Positions 55,851 to 64,000 of a stretch of 64,000 nt of DNA are shown here, piece by piece. The stretch lies in the IMG/VR virus record IMGVR_UViG_3300045988_177361. One strand, written 5' to 3'. This DNA comes from a virus. Positions within the stretch are counted from its first letter, which is position 1, and the number at the start of each line of letters is the position of its first letter. The translations under genes were made by a program, and so were the position numbers. The notes beneath the pieces were generated by a model that was not told the origin of the DNA, searched no databases, and was given only the letters and a program-made list of their open reading frames with translations.

Positions 55851-56222
55851 TTGAATCAAGCAACTGGCATCGGCAAACGAATCCTCTTCGATGACCACCC
55901 AACTCGCGCGGTGTTCGACACTGAGGAACTGCCAACATATGACTCCTATGCGCTTTATCGCGTATACCTGCGCTCTTGGCAACGGCATTCCTGCCGACCG
56001 GGAACCGAGAATACACCCATGTTCGACGTGATATGCCCGACAAGATGGTGCCGTTGGATTACCCACATCAGCATTCTGAACTATTTGGACGGCATAAGCT
56101 GGTTGGCTTGGCCGGTGGAAGGTGGCGTCAGTTGGCGGCATAGGACAATCGACCCCTATTCCGTCCATTATTCAACCAACGCCTACATCCCGATAATCGA
56201 CCTGCGCGAAAGCGAAGAATAG
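55851..56222 (+). CDS. Hypothetical protein (123 aa, TTG start after an aaaaggag RBS)
   Basis: W/C-rich; possible metal-binding (CRPGTENTPMFDVICPTRWCRW). Confidence 0.4.
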   Translation: MNQATGIGKRILFDDHPTRAVFDTEELPTYDSYALYRVYLRSWQRHSCRPGTENTPMFDVICPTRWCRWITHISILNYLDGISWLAWPVEGGVSWRHRTIDPYSVHYSTNAYIPIIDLRESEE

Positions 56223-56230
56223 GAGAGAAC

Positions 56231-56455
56231 ATGTCCGACACTCATAACACGCCCCGATTCTCGACCATAGGCATCACCTACACGAAGCATCAGAACAATG
56301 CGGCGCTTAGCATGAGTCCCGCCGAAGATTCGACCATGCGCCGACTGGGGTTCACCGACCACCGTGAGGGGTATTGGTACCTCTGCCGTTCAGTCTCCCC
56401 CGACCATGGCATGACATTGAATGTCGAGATTGCCAAGGACGGTAGCGACTGGTAG
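56231..56455 (+). CDS. Hypothetical small protein (74 aa)
   Basis: RBS aggagagaac then the ATG. Confidence 0.4.
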   Translation: MSDTHNTPRFSTIGITYTKHQNNAALSMSPAEDSTMRRLGFTDHREGYWYLCRSVSPDHGMTLNVEIAKDGSDW

Positions 56456-56651
56456 ATAGACGTGTTGGACGAGAACTTCTGCCAACCCTACGACTACCAG
56501 TATTTACTCAACGTGAACCCGACGTTGGATTATCCCAACAAGGTGGCTGACGAATGCGAGAAATGGTTCCGGAAACTATCCGAATGGGGTTTGCTACACG
56601 GCTGGCATGAGGGAATGTACGTCTGAAAAAACAGAAAGGAAAAACAAAAAA

Positions 56652-56921
56652 ATGAGCATTCTCAACGAAGAACTGGAAGAACGGTATCCCATCGAGGAAG
56701 GCGACTGCATCACGCTCACACGGGAACAGTTGGCGTTACAGTTGCGTCGCGCATACAAGGCGGGTGCGACCCGCGACTATAAGCGCACTCCGCACGGGCA
56801 TACGGAACTGGTGGAGATTATCGGAAACCTCCAAGACTCCCACTTATTGCCTGATGGCACGGACTTCGAGGATGTCGTGAGAACGGTTCTGGACGGGCGT
56901 GTCAAGGCCATCACCAAATAG
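56652..56921 (+). CDS. Hypothetical small protein (89 aa)
   Basis: RBS aaggaaaaac then the ATG at 56652. Confidence 0.4.
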   Translation: MSILNEELEERYPIEEGDCITLTREQLALQLRRAYKAGATRDYKRTPHGHTELVEIIGNLQDSHLLPDGTDFEDVVRTVLDGRVKAITK

Positions 56922-56922
56922 G

Positions 56923-56950
56923 CGTTATACTAGAAACGTCCACACATTCA
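56923..56950 (+). promoter_or_regulatory. Conserved promoter/leader motif, copy 12 (variant)
   Basis: cgttatactagaaacgtccacacattca. Confidence 0.55.
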
Positions 56951-56971
56951 CTTATCCAAGGAGACCACACT

Positions 56972-57556
56972 ATGAGCTGGGACAGATACCAAAGTCGAGA
57001 CCCCAGAAGAATCGACCCAATGAAAACACCACTCTACGATTACGTGGTCTTGGATACCGAAACCACCGGCTTCAAACCCGAAAACGGGGCTAAACTCATC
57101 GAAATCGGAGCCGTGAAAATCCATGACGGAAAACTCGTGGACCGATACGAGCAACTGATTGACCCACACCAGCCAATCCCCGAATACATCACCTCGCTCA
57201 CCGGAATCAACAACAGCATGGTCATCGGACAACCCGACGTAAGCCAAGCCATCATCCGATTCGACAAGTGGCTTGGCCCGCGAACCATCATCATGGCGCA
57301 TAACGCGTCATTCGATTTAAGTTTCTTGGACGCGGCCATGAAAACCGTGAACGGTGGAATGTTCTTCTTTCCACACCGGTTCGTGGACACGTTGGAAATG
57401 AGCCGGAAAATCCATCCCGAAAAGCCAAGCCATAAGGTTGCCGTGCTTATCCGCGACTATGGTATCGGTGACGTGGAAGAGCATCGCGCCTTGTCCGACG
57501 CGACTCAGGAAAACATGCTGTATGAAGCCATGCGCAGAGAGGAATTTGGCCGCTAA
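56972..57556 (+). CDS. DnaQ-like 3'-5' exonuclease (DEDDh family, DNA polymerase III epsilon-like)
   Basis: Exo I VVLDTETTGF, Exo II IMAHNASFDLSFL, Exo III H-x4-D (EHRALSDA). 194 aa. Confidence 0.8.
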   Translation: MSWDRYQSRDPRRIDPMKTPLYDYVVLDTETTGFKPENGAKLIEIGAVKIHDGKLVDRYEQLIDPHQPIPEYITSLTGINNSMVIGQPDVSQAIIRFDKWLGPRTIIMAHNASFDLSFLDAAMKTVNGGMFFFPHRFVDTLEMSRKIHPEKPSHKVAVLIRDYGIGDVEEHRALSDATQENMLYEAMRREEFGR

Positions 57557-57814
57557 ATGGGATACGAGGACATGTTCAGTCCCGAATGCAGGGACTATCT
57601 GAAATCACGCAAGCCGTCGCAACGGGAGCGGGAGATAGCGAAGCTTGAGAAACAGGCCGACAAGAAGCATGACATGTATGGCAACAAAACCCTCTACGAA
57701 GTCTCAGAAGAGGTTGCGGCCATCTACGAAAGCCAGAAGGCGTTGCGCTTGAGGTTGGAAAGCATCGAGGAAAAACTGGACGAACTCTTAAGGACTCAGA
57801 AAGGACTGGGGTGA
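57557..57814 (+). CDS. Hypothetical coiled-coil protein (85 aa)
   Basis: Translationally coupled to the exonuclease gene (taaatg). Confidence 0.4.
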   Translation: MGYEDMFSPECRDYLKSRKPSQREREIAKLEKQADKKHDMYGNKTLYEVSEEVAAIYESQKALRLRLESIEEKLDELLRTQKGLG

Positions 57815-58380
57815 GAAACCTTCTTACATGCCCATGCTGTAACAGCATTCCCGAATTTAAGTATCGGGCTAAATCTGAACTCCACTGCACTTGGGACGAC
57901 GAGCAATATTTTCTGCCGAAAGGTTGGGGATACTCCCACTTTTGTCCAGTGGATAATGGTTTGCAAACATCTGGCGGAGTCGGCTTCCAAACCTTGCACG
58001 ACGCACAGCGCGACTGGAACTGTAAGGTTGGAAGTTTTCTCCGTAACCCGCTGAACAGTTTCCACTCGTCCATCGAGACCGGTGCGGAACTGCTGACCGA
58101 ATTAGATGATTGTTTCGTTGGGCAGCGAATTCAGCTTGGCGACCGGATATTATTGAGTCGGCGTTCTCTAACCGTTCGAGGTATCGTGCAGTTCATCCAA
58201 CGGGACAGTGTTGGCGAAATCAGCGTCATCCTGCGGGATACGGACACCATCAAGTATGTGATTTATTCGCCGGTCTGGGAGCGTCGGAAGTACATGTTCT
58301 CGTATTATATCGAAAGGCGAATGCATTGGATAAAAAAGCCGAAAGGCTCCTCTGCGACGCATACCATCGTGGACGCTTAG
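57811..58380 (+). CDS. Hypothetical protein with an N-terminal CxxC...C zinc-ribbon-like motif (189 aa)
   Basis: LTCPCCNSIPEF...HCTWDD. Confidence 0.4.
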   Translation: MRNLLTCPCCNSIPEFKYRAKSELHCTWDDEQYFLPKGWGYSHFCPVDNGLQTSGGVGFQTLHDAQRDWNCKVGSFLRNPLNSFHSSIETGAELLTELDDCFVGQRIQLGDRILLSRRSLTVRGIVQFIQRDSVGEISVILRDTDTIKYVIYSPVWERRKYMFSYYIERRMHWIKKPKGSSATHTIVDA

Positions 58381-58555
58381 CGGAGGTTAACGAACATAAT
58401 CAGGACGCGGCTATGTCCCTTATCGATAACGGGTATGCCGACTATTGGCGTACTCTGTTGGGGCACGAGGCCATCAGGCTGACCGACCACGGGCTTGGTG
58501 CCGCACGGAAACTGGAGTCGGATTACTGATTTTCCAGCGTTTTTAAAGACTGGAT

Positions 58556-58572
58556 TGTTATACTGGAACAGT
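58556..58572 (+). promoter_or_regulatory. Promoter/leader motif, copy 13 (-10 part only), fused to a leader hairpin
   Basis: tgttatactggaacagt, then a perfect inverted repeat. Confidence 0.55.
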
Positions 58573-58605
58573 GGGCACAATACTGTGCCCACTGTTTTCT
58601 TATTC
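58569..58605 (+). terminator. Leader hairpin plus T-tract between promoter copy 13 and its gene (candidate attenuator/operator)
   Basis: cagtgggcaca-atac-tgtgcccactg (11-bp perfect stem) followed by ttttcttattc. The aggagg RBS and the ATG at 58621 follow. Confidence 0.55.
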
Positions 58606-58620
58606 TCAGGAGGAACCGGG

Positions 58621-58881
58621 ATGACCCAGCATAGCGACAAAAGCCACAAGAACAAGAAGGTCGTGGTCATTGAGAAGGTGCGGGACAAGTATGGTTCCGT
58701 CATCGCTTTGAAGGTTGTATTGTATCGTCGGCATGATAGTGAGAATGGGAAGGTTTGGGACATGAAGCGTTCTCATACGTTCAGTGCGGCTTTCAGTCGT
58801 CGTGCTTGTAGGGAACAGGCGAAGACGTTGGCTCGTCAGTGGGCTGATAAGTATGGTGCGAAGGTTGTGAAGAGGGGGTAG
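58621..58881 (+). CDS. Hypothetical small basic protein (86 aa)
   Basis: aggagg RBS 8 nt upstream. Confidence 0.5.
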   Translation: MTQHSDKSHKNKKVVVIEKVRDKYGSVIALKVVLYRRHDSENGKVWDMKRSHTFSAAFSRRACREQAKTLARQWADKYGAKVVKRG

Positions 58882-58902
58882 TTGTCCTCTTTGACGGTTT
58901 AT

Positions 58903-58928
58903 GTTATGCTGGGGGTGTTCACATAAAG
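58903..58928 (+). promoter_or_regulatory. Conserved promoter/leader motif, copy 14
   Basis: gttatgctgggggtgttcacataaag. Confidence 0.6.
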
Positions 58929-58951
58929 CCCAGTCGAAAAAGGAGAATACC

Positions 58952-59251
58952 ATGCAGAACATCAACCTCTACAAACTGATGTCAAAACTGTACGCCCGTC
59001 CCGAAGTCGAGGACGCTCACATCGTGAGCTGCATGTACGAGGACGATACCCTTAAAACGGTCATGCGCAACGGCTTGGTCGTCACCATCGGCGTGCAGGA
59101 CGAATATCCAGCGGTCGCACTGTACACCATATACGCCAACGACGAGGACTACCGAAACAATGAGCCTCTGACCGAAGGCTTGCACTACGACTTCGAAGAC
59201 GACCACGACTACAAGGACGGCGTGGAAGCCATCATCAAGGAGGCGTGCTGA
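58952..59251 (+). CDS. Hypothetical protein (99 aa)
   Basis: RBS aaaggagaatacc then the ATG at 58952. Confidence 0.5.
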   Translation: MQNINLYKLMSKLYARPEVEDAHIVSCMYEDDTLKTVMRNGLVVTIGVQDEYPAVALYTIYANDEDYRNNEPLTEGLHYDFEDDHDYKDGVEAIIKEAC

Positions 59252-59254
59252 CCC

Positions 59255-59562
59255 ATGGACACCATCATCTTCGTCAAAGACCGCAACTGGCCCGGCACGA
59301 ACAGTTCTCAGGCGACGTGCTCCCCGACGAGGGGCTGCGCGAACGGTATTTCACATTGTACGAACGCGAGGACGACGACCAAGCCGACTGGGACGCGTTC
59401 ATCGACGACCTCTGGCAGACCGCCGATGACATGGGCTTGGAGGGGCTGGCTGACTGGTTTGTCGAACTGAACGACCCCACCACCATCAATGCCCGCTACT
59501 GGGTGCTCGACGGCATCGAATACTTGGACGCCGCGCACACCATGCCAAGGGACGAAATGTGA
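59255..59562 (+). pseudogene. Probable frameshifted gene, or an uncorrected sequencing error
   Basis: An aggagg-supported ATG at 59255 opens a frame (MDTIIFVKDRNW...) that soon turns into S/T/R-rich nonsense. The -1 frame continues as a convincing acidic protein (...FSGDVLPDEGLRERYFTLYEREDDDQADWDAFIDDLWQTADDMGLEGLADWFVELN...) to the stop at 59562. Confidence 0.4.
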
Positions 59563-59636
59563 CCTGTCTTATCACGGAAACCCCAAAGCCAAGCAGAAAC
59601 AACCTCAACCTTCCCCTATGAAAAAGGAGTGGAGAA

Positions 59637-60047
59637 ATGACCGGTTTCATCGCCGTCGATATGCTGTCCGAAATCAGCAAGGCCCTCGAATATGAAAACG
59701 ATTGGACTCAACTGAAGGACGGCGTGCTGGAATGCCGACTGCGAGACCAGTATGACGGTGAGCACACCGGACTCGCCCGCGTCACCGTAGACAAGGCGGG
59801 CAAGGTGTCCGTTATGGCATGGTCGGACAATCCGTACGAATACGCAACCATGCCCGACCCCGACTGGACACATGAATACGATTCAGCCGACCCGGAAGCC
59901 ATCGCAGACGACATTTGGAACCGTTGCCCATACTGCGGGCGGGAATCCGACAAGTGCATGTGCGAACGTTGCGCGGGCTGCGGCGTCCTTCTGGACTGGA
60001 ACAACAGGGCGGAAGGCGACTACGGCTACTGCGAATACTGCCATTAG
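59637..60047 (+). CDS. Hypothetical protein with a C-terminal double zinc ribbon (136 aa)
   Basis: CPYCGRESDKCMCERCAGCGV...YCEYCH. Confidence 0.5.
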   Translation: MTGFIAVDMLSEISKALEYENDWTQLKDGVLECRLRDQYDGEHTGLARVTVDKAGKVSVMAWSDNPYEYATMPDPDWTHEYDSADPEAIADDIWNRCPYCGRESDKCMCERCAGCGVLLDWNNRAEGDYGYCEYCH

Positions 60048-60065
60048 AAAAAAGGAGAAACAAAA

Positions 60066-60686
60066 ATGCTGAAAATCGAGAAGACACTGAAGGAACTGCG
60101 TGACCTTCAAAACACCTTGCGTGAACTCGGAATCGAAATGTCCATCAAGGATGCGGATGCCGAAACGAAAAGCGATTATGAGGATGCAGCGATGACCATT
60201 GACGTATATGAGCCGTGTCGTTGTTTCGCGTGGATTGGTATGGACGGCGTGATTCACATGAGGTGGAATTCGTATCCCGATGCCTTCGCGTGGTTTCGGA
60301 TGAACCTGCTTTTGGACCTCGCTCGCGGCTACATGCTGAAAGCGGACAACATCACTAAATCGTGGACGCACCTTCGCAGGAATCTCGACGGACAAGCCGA
60401 CGAAATGCCCCTCCCCGACAAACTGGCCGGAAGGAAAGCGGAATACGAGGATACGGCAAACCGACTGCGCGACCTCATCAAAGCCGACCCGATTGCAATG
60501 GATTTATCCCCTTACGAATGCGAACGCCTTGAAAGGTTCCTCCGCGACCCGCAGAAGGAACGTCTTCTGGAGTACGACCCGGACGACCCGTTTTACAGGA
60601 ACATGTTCAACAGAGGCTTGATTGACCGCGACGGACTGACCGAACTGGGGCGAAAGGCCATGGAACATTACATTGCATCGGCCTGA
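60066..60686 (+). CDS. Hypothetical protein (206 aa)
   Basis: RBS aaaaggagaaacaaaa then the ATG. Confidence 0.5.
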   Translation: MLKIEKTLKELRDLQNTLRELGIEMSIKDADAETKSDYEDAAMTIDVYEPCRCFAWIGMDGVIHMRWNSYPDAFAWFRMNLLLDLARGYMLKADNITKSWTHLRRNLDGQADEMPLPDKLAGRKAEYEDTANRLRDLIKADPIAMDLSPYECERLERFLRDPQKERLLEYDPDDPFYRNMFNRGLIDRDGLTELGRKAMEHYIASA

Positions 60687-60827
60687 CCGTCACGTCCATG
60701 GTCGGACAATCCGTATGAATACGCAGCCTCCCGTTCGCTGAGAACCTGTTCTCGTTCGCGCGGAGCGCGGGACGCATTCAATGGACGAAAAATACATCAA
60801 CCAAACAACAAGGAAAGGAAGCATACC

Positions 60828-61316
60828 ATGCTGTTCAAGCTTGAAATAGGAGACTACTCCGAAGACGGTTACGGAGTCCATGAGCCGGTAATCTACGAGA
60901 CGAACTATGATGTCGCCGCCATCGCGGAAGGATACAAGAAGAGTTGCAAGAAGTACGGCATCCAGTTCAACCGTGGCGACAACGATTTCACGGGACTGGG
61001 GCTGAAATGCTGGGATAAACGCGCCCTCTGGTCGAACCCTGACATGGGCGCGAACTGGCTCGACGAAAAGATGTACGACCTGCTGACGCATACCGGCGTC
61101 GTGCCCGAGGAAGACATGATGCCATCCTTGTTGTCCGAAGGCAAATACCTCGCCAATTACGATAGCGAGTCCGACGAGTATGCCAACGCCATCATGAGGT
61201 TCATCGCCCTCTCCATGCCCGATGACTTCACTTACAGAATTCAGGAGACTGAGAACATTCCGTGCCTGAATGACACGTTGGGAGTCAACCTCGGCTACGG
61301 GCTGCTGGTGCCGTAA
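60828..61316 (+). CDS. Hypothetical protein (162 aa)
   Basis: RBS aaggaaaggaagcatacc then the ATG. Confidence 0.5.
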   Translation: MLFKLEIGDYSEDGYGVHEPVIYETNYDVAAIAEGYKKSCKKYGIQFNRGDNDFTGLGLKCWDKRALWSNPDMGANWLDEKMYDLLTHTGVVPEEDMMPSLLSEGKYLANYDSESDEYANAIMRFIALSMPDDFTYRIQETENIPCLNDTLGVNLGYGLLVP

Positions 61317-61426
61317 CTGTCAAGGTTGGGCAGGACAGGCGGAAAGGAGTAAGGAATGACTGAAAGACCCCTCATCGTCATTGACTGCTGGCTTATGAGG
61401 GTGTTGGTTTGTCTTCTTAACCAACT

Positions 61427-61456
61427 GTGTTATACTGGGGGTGTTCACATAAAAAA
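61427..61456 (+). promoter_or_regulatory. Conserved promoter/leader motif, copy 15
   Basis: tgtgttatactgggggtgttcacataaaaa. Confidence 0.6.
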
Positions 61457-61498
61457 CGGTCGGAAAAGAGACCACCATCCCGATTCGGAGCAACAACA

Positions 61499-62125
61499 AT
61501 GCATAGCCTATACAAGACCGCAGGTAAATGCACTCTCAACCGAAACAAAGTGCGTTACCCCAACCAAAAGGAAGCCCAACTCGCCTTGGCCGTCATCAAA
61601 GGACGAGGCAATCCGAAACACACAGAGAAACGCGCATACCATTGCCCCGTCTGCCACGGATGGCATCTGACCAGCGCCGAAACCGTTAATGATACAGTCC
61701 TGTCCGGGAGCGTGCTCCAACACACCAATCCAGACGCGTTCGACACAGGAATGAAAGCGTTCCTCTCTGGTTCCAAACGCGGCAAATATTCCGCAAGCAA
61801 AGCCAGCCTGACCCGACGTGTCCGACATTTGCTCCACCTGTTCGCGGCTAACGATATTCCGAATGACTCTTGGGACAATCCATGGTTGTGGGCAACTCTT
61901 AGATTCCAAATCATGTGGAGGGGTGGAGACCAGAAGGCCGAACAGCTTCTATCCACTTCGAAGAAAACGGTCAAAATGGCGGGCGACATGCTCACCGAAG
62001 ACAAGGAGCCGTTCCTTCGCGTGGCTGAAACCCGGAAGGAAGCACAAAAATTACAGAATACACCACTACCGGCATGGTTGGCCGTCGCACTGATGGCCGA
62101 CAAGGGAAAGGAGCAGAAAGTTTGA
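61499..62125 (+). CDS. Hypothetical protein with a CPxCHGWH zinc-binding motif (208 aa)
   Basis: ...AYHCPVCHGWHLT... Confidence 0.45.
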   Translation: MHSLYKTAGKCTLNRNKVRYPNQKEAQLALAVIKGRGNPKHTEKRAYHCPVCHGWHLTSAETVNDTVLSGSVLQHTNPDAFDTGMKAFLSGSKRGKYSASKASLTRRVRHLLHLFAANDIPNDSWDNPWLWATLRFQIMWRGGDQKAEQLLSTSKKTVKMAGDMLTEDKEPFLRVAETRKEAQKLQNTPLPAWLAVALMADKGKEQKV

Positions 62126-62297
62126 ACGAAAACGAACTGAAAGAAAGGGCCGTCCACTCATTGCTCCAATCGAAGCTTGGTAAAGTCGCCCCGGCGGAAG
62201 CGTTTGTCATCGGATGGCGGAAAGGCTGGGACGAGGCTATCGACATGGCTTTGGAAATCGTTCGCAATGAACTCGATAAAGATGGCGAGAACGAATC

Positions 62298-62570
62298 GTG
62301 ATTTGTTCCAAATACACGTGCATGTTGTGCGGAAGAGTCACCGACTTGGACACCGGCTACAAGTACATCATCTCCGTCGTCCAAACAGGCGGTCACGGTC
62401 GATGCTCATACGCTCGAACATTGGTCATCTGCCAGCATTGCATGCGCACGCATAAAACCGTCATGACCTTGCAACGCAAATCCTTGAATGAGGAAAACGT
62501 TCTTGAATTCCACAGGCCACCGAAAACCCGAAAAACGTCCACCAAGAAAACCGGCGAGAAGAAAGGCTGA
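62298..62570 (+). CDS. Small zinc-ribbon protein (90 aa)
   Basis: CMLCGRVTDLD...CQHCMRTHK. Confidence 0.45.
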   Translation: MICSKYTCMLCGRVTDLDTGYKYIISVVQTGGHGRCSYARTLVICQHCMRTHKTVMTLQRKSLNEENVLEFHRPPKTRKTSTKKTGEKKG

Positions 62571-62578
62571 ACCGTTTT

Positions 62579-63466
62579 ATGGACACCAGTGAAAAGCAGA
62601 TTATCGGAGAGAACGCCAAATACGTTTCCGACACCATCCCGCAGGAGACCAAGGATGGGCTTCGCGCCCATTTGAAGCCCGGATACGCCATGCCGGACGG
62701 CACCCATTATGCGACCGGCAAGGATTACACGGAGTTGATGCGCAATCTGCGCAACATCCAATACTGTGGCTGTCCGCTCTGCCACGACACGCAGTCTGGG
62801 CTGAAAACCATTCTCGCAACCAGCGGCATGACCGTCCGTGAGCTTGCCGAGGAAATCGCATGCGACGAATACGATTCGTATTCCGTTGACGAAATCCGCG
62901 ACCTTGACCCGGAACAGTTGAAGCCGGTGGACGAGATTGTCGAGGATATCAACCGTTGGAGCCACGACCAGCGTGCGCTCGAACACGCTTCCTTCGGCAC
63001 CGTCAGGCTTCTGTCCGTCTACTTGAACGTCAGTCTCGACCAGATGTACGACGAATTGGATTATCAGACGCTCATCTACACACCATGGGAGGAGGACTCC
63101 CACATTTACGGCTATGTGACGGTCATCCGTTACAAGGATGGAAAGTATGAGGTGGATGTTCCGGAATGCCGCTACCAGTGCGACGAAACGTATTGGAACG
63201 CGCGTCGCAAGATGGAAGAATCCAACACTCCCATCACGTTGGATGTTCTGCGTAGCGAACCGTGGAGCAAGGAGCATCGCACTCCCGTGGCATTGCCGGA
63301 ACAGTATCGTGGCAAACAGTATCATCTGGGAGGTCATTCCAGCCTGTCGGCTTTGCTGGACAAGCTGGCCTCACATGATGTTCCGGTGGACGAAAGGGTT
63401 CTTATCGCCCTCGAACTGGAGGAACAGTTCCCGTTGCGGTTGACCCCACTGTCTGACAAGGACTGA
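62579..63466 (+). CDS. Hypothetical protein (295 aa), Cys/His-rich in places
   Basis: ...IQYCGCPLCHDTQSG... Coding-like throughout. Confidence 0.45.
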   Translation: MDTSEKQIIGENAKYVSDTIPQETKDGLRAHLKPGYAMPDGTHYATGKDYTELMRNLRNIQYCGCPLCHDTQSGLKTILATSGMTVRELAEEIACDEYDSYSVDEIRDLDPEQLKPVDEIVEDINRWSHDQRALEHASFGTVRLLSVYLNVSLDQMYDELDYQTLIYTPWEEDSHIYGYVTVIRYKDGKYEVDVPECRYQCDETYWNARRKMEESNTPITLDVLRSEPWSKEHRTPVALPEQYRGKQYHLGGHSSLSALLDKLASHDVPVDERVLIALELEEQFPLRLTPLSDKD

Positions 63467-63528
63467 CATTTTTTCGGGGAGGAGCCGATACCGGCTTCCC
63501 TCCTCTTACTGTTAGAAAGGAAAACCTG

Positions 63529-64000
63529 ATGGTTAGAAAAATGGTGAGCGTTCAAAAGATTGAGGGAGTGTATCCCATTGAGAACGCAGACCGTATCGAG
63601 AAGGTTCGCATTGGCGGATGGATTGTCGTAGTAGGCAAGGACATGGGATTAAAGCCCGGCGACCATGTGGCATATTTCGAAATCGATTCCATGCTTCCAG
63701 CCAACGACCCACGCTATACGGACTTGCAGAAGCGTGGTCAGCGTACCGTTCCCGTGTCCAACACGATTACCGGCGAAGAGAAGGAAATCACCGGACACGT
63801 GCTACGTACCGCGCGACTGCGCGGAGTGTACAGTCAAGGACTAGTCATGCCGCTTTCAACGATTGGCGTACCGGAGGACACTCCCATCGGCACTGATATC
63901 ACCTTACAGGCGGACGTGTGGAAGTATGAAGAACTGCCACCATTGAAAGGCGGTGACATGATTGGCGCTTTCAACGCGCCATGCTCCAAGTCCGACGCCA
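63529..64000 (+). CDS. Hypothetical protein, N-terminal part (continues beyond the window); OB-fold/tRNA-binding-domain-like N-terminus
   Basis: MVSVQKIEGVYPIENADRIEKVRIGGWIVVVGKD resembles Myf/CsaA-type OB domains, which are also found at the N-terminus of some RNA ligases. This is a low-confidence analogy. Confidence 0.35.
   Translation, partial: MVRKMVSVQKIEGVYPIENADRIEKVRIGGWIVVVGKDMGLKPGDHVAYFEIDSMLPANDPRYTDLQKRGQRTVPVSNTITGEEKEITGHVLRTARLRGVYSQGLVMPLSTIGVPEDTPIGTDITLQADVWKYEELPPLKGGDMIGAFNAPCSKSDA

Noticed and set aside
46150-61460. Possibility that the 15 repeated ~28-bp motifs form a CRISPR array, or are MITE/REP-like repeats
   Set aside because: Spacing is irregular (0.3-2.6 kb). 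Each copy is in the same orientation, immediately upstream of an RBS and start codon. The motif contains a consensus extended -10 box. There are no regular spacers and no palindromic repeat structure.

Overview
Overview: the window is best read as part of a large conjugative plasmid or megaplasmid (ICE not excluded) from a high-GC Gram-positive host, Bifidobacterium/Actinobacteria-like. No integrase is visible. Bases 1-3163 may be host-type cell-envelope genes: a partial glf start, a GlfT-like GT2, and a cell-wall-binding repeat protein. An IS21-family element (istA/istB, 3164-5754) is noticeably GC-richer than its surroundings and sits directly beside a theta-type origin.

Modules, left to right:
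- Replication origin: an AT-rich tract, 4 x 22-bp iterons and a Rep initiator gene.
- Partition: a convergent parA plus a small partner gene.
- Conjugation-like operon on the minus strand (8.6-19.7 kb): a giant VirB6/TrbL-like membrane protein, small membrane proteins, a VirD4/TraG-like coupling ATPase and a CpaE/MinD-like ATPase. No recognisable VirB4 or relaxase.
- An ~850-bp intergenic region that is T/G-rich and almost free of A on the + strand.
- Regulator-like genes, including an AAA+ ATPase and a tandem pair of paralogous small proteins.
- Replication/maintenance genes: a ParB-nuclease-domain protein, a DnaB helicase and a flotillin.
- A sortase-dependent pilus operon: major pilin, class C sortase and a 1792-aa RCC1/CnaB-repeat adhesin.
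- A complete diversity-generating retroelement (DGR) immediately after the adhesin: target gene with a C-terminal variable repeat (VR) and downstream hairpin, an Avd-like gene, a template repeat (TR) whose AAC/AAT codons differ from the VR at adenines only, and a reverse transcriptase with YMDD and LGxxxSQ motifs.
- A ~17-kb plus-strand array of about 35 small genes. At least 15 are preceded by a near-identical ~28-bp promoter/leader motif (TGnTATACTGGAATTGTTCACACAAA), and many are followed by intrinsic terminators. It includes duplicated cassettes, zinc-ribbon proteins, a DUF2786-like protein, a GNAT and a DnaQ-like exonuclease. This looks like a leading-region anti-defence/establishment island.

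The DGR, the identical-promoter cassette array and the strand-asymmetric intergenic region are the most unusual items.
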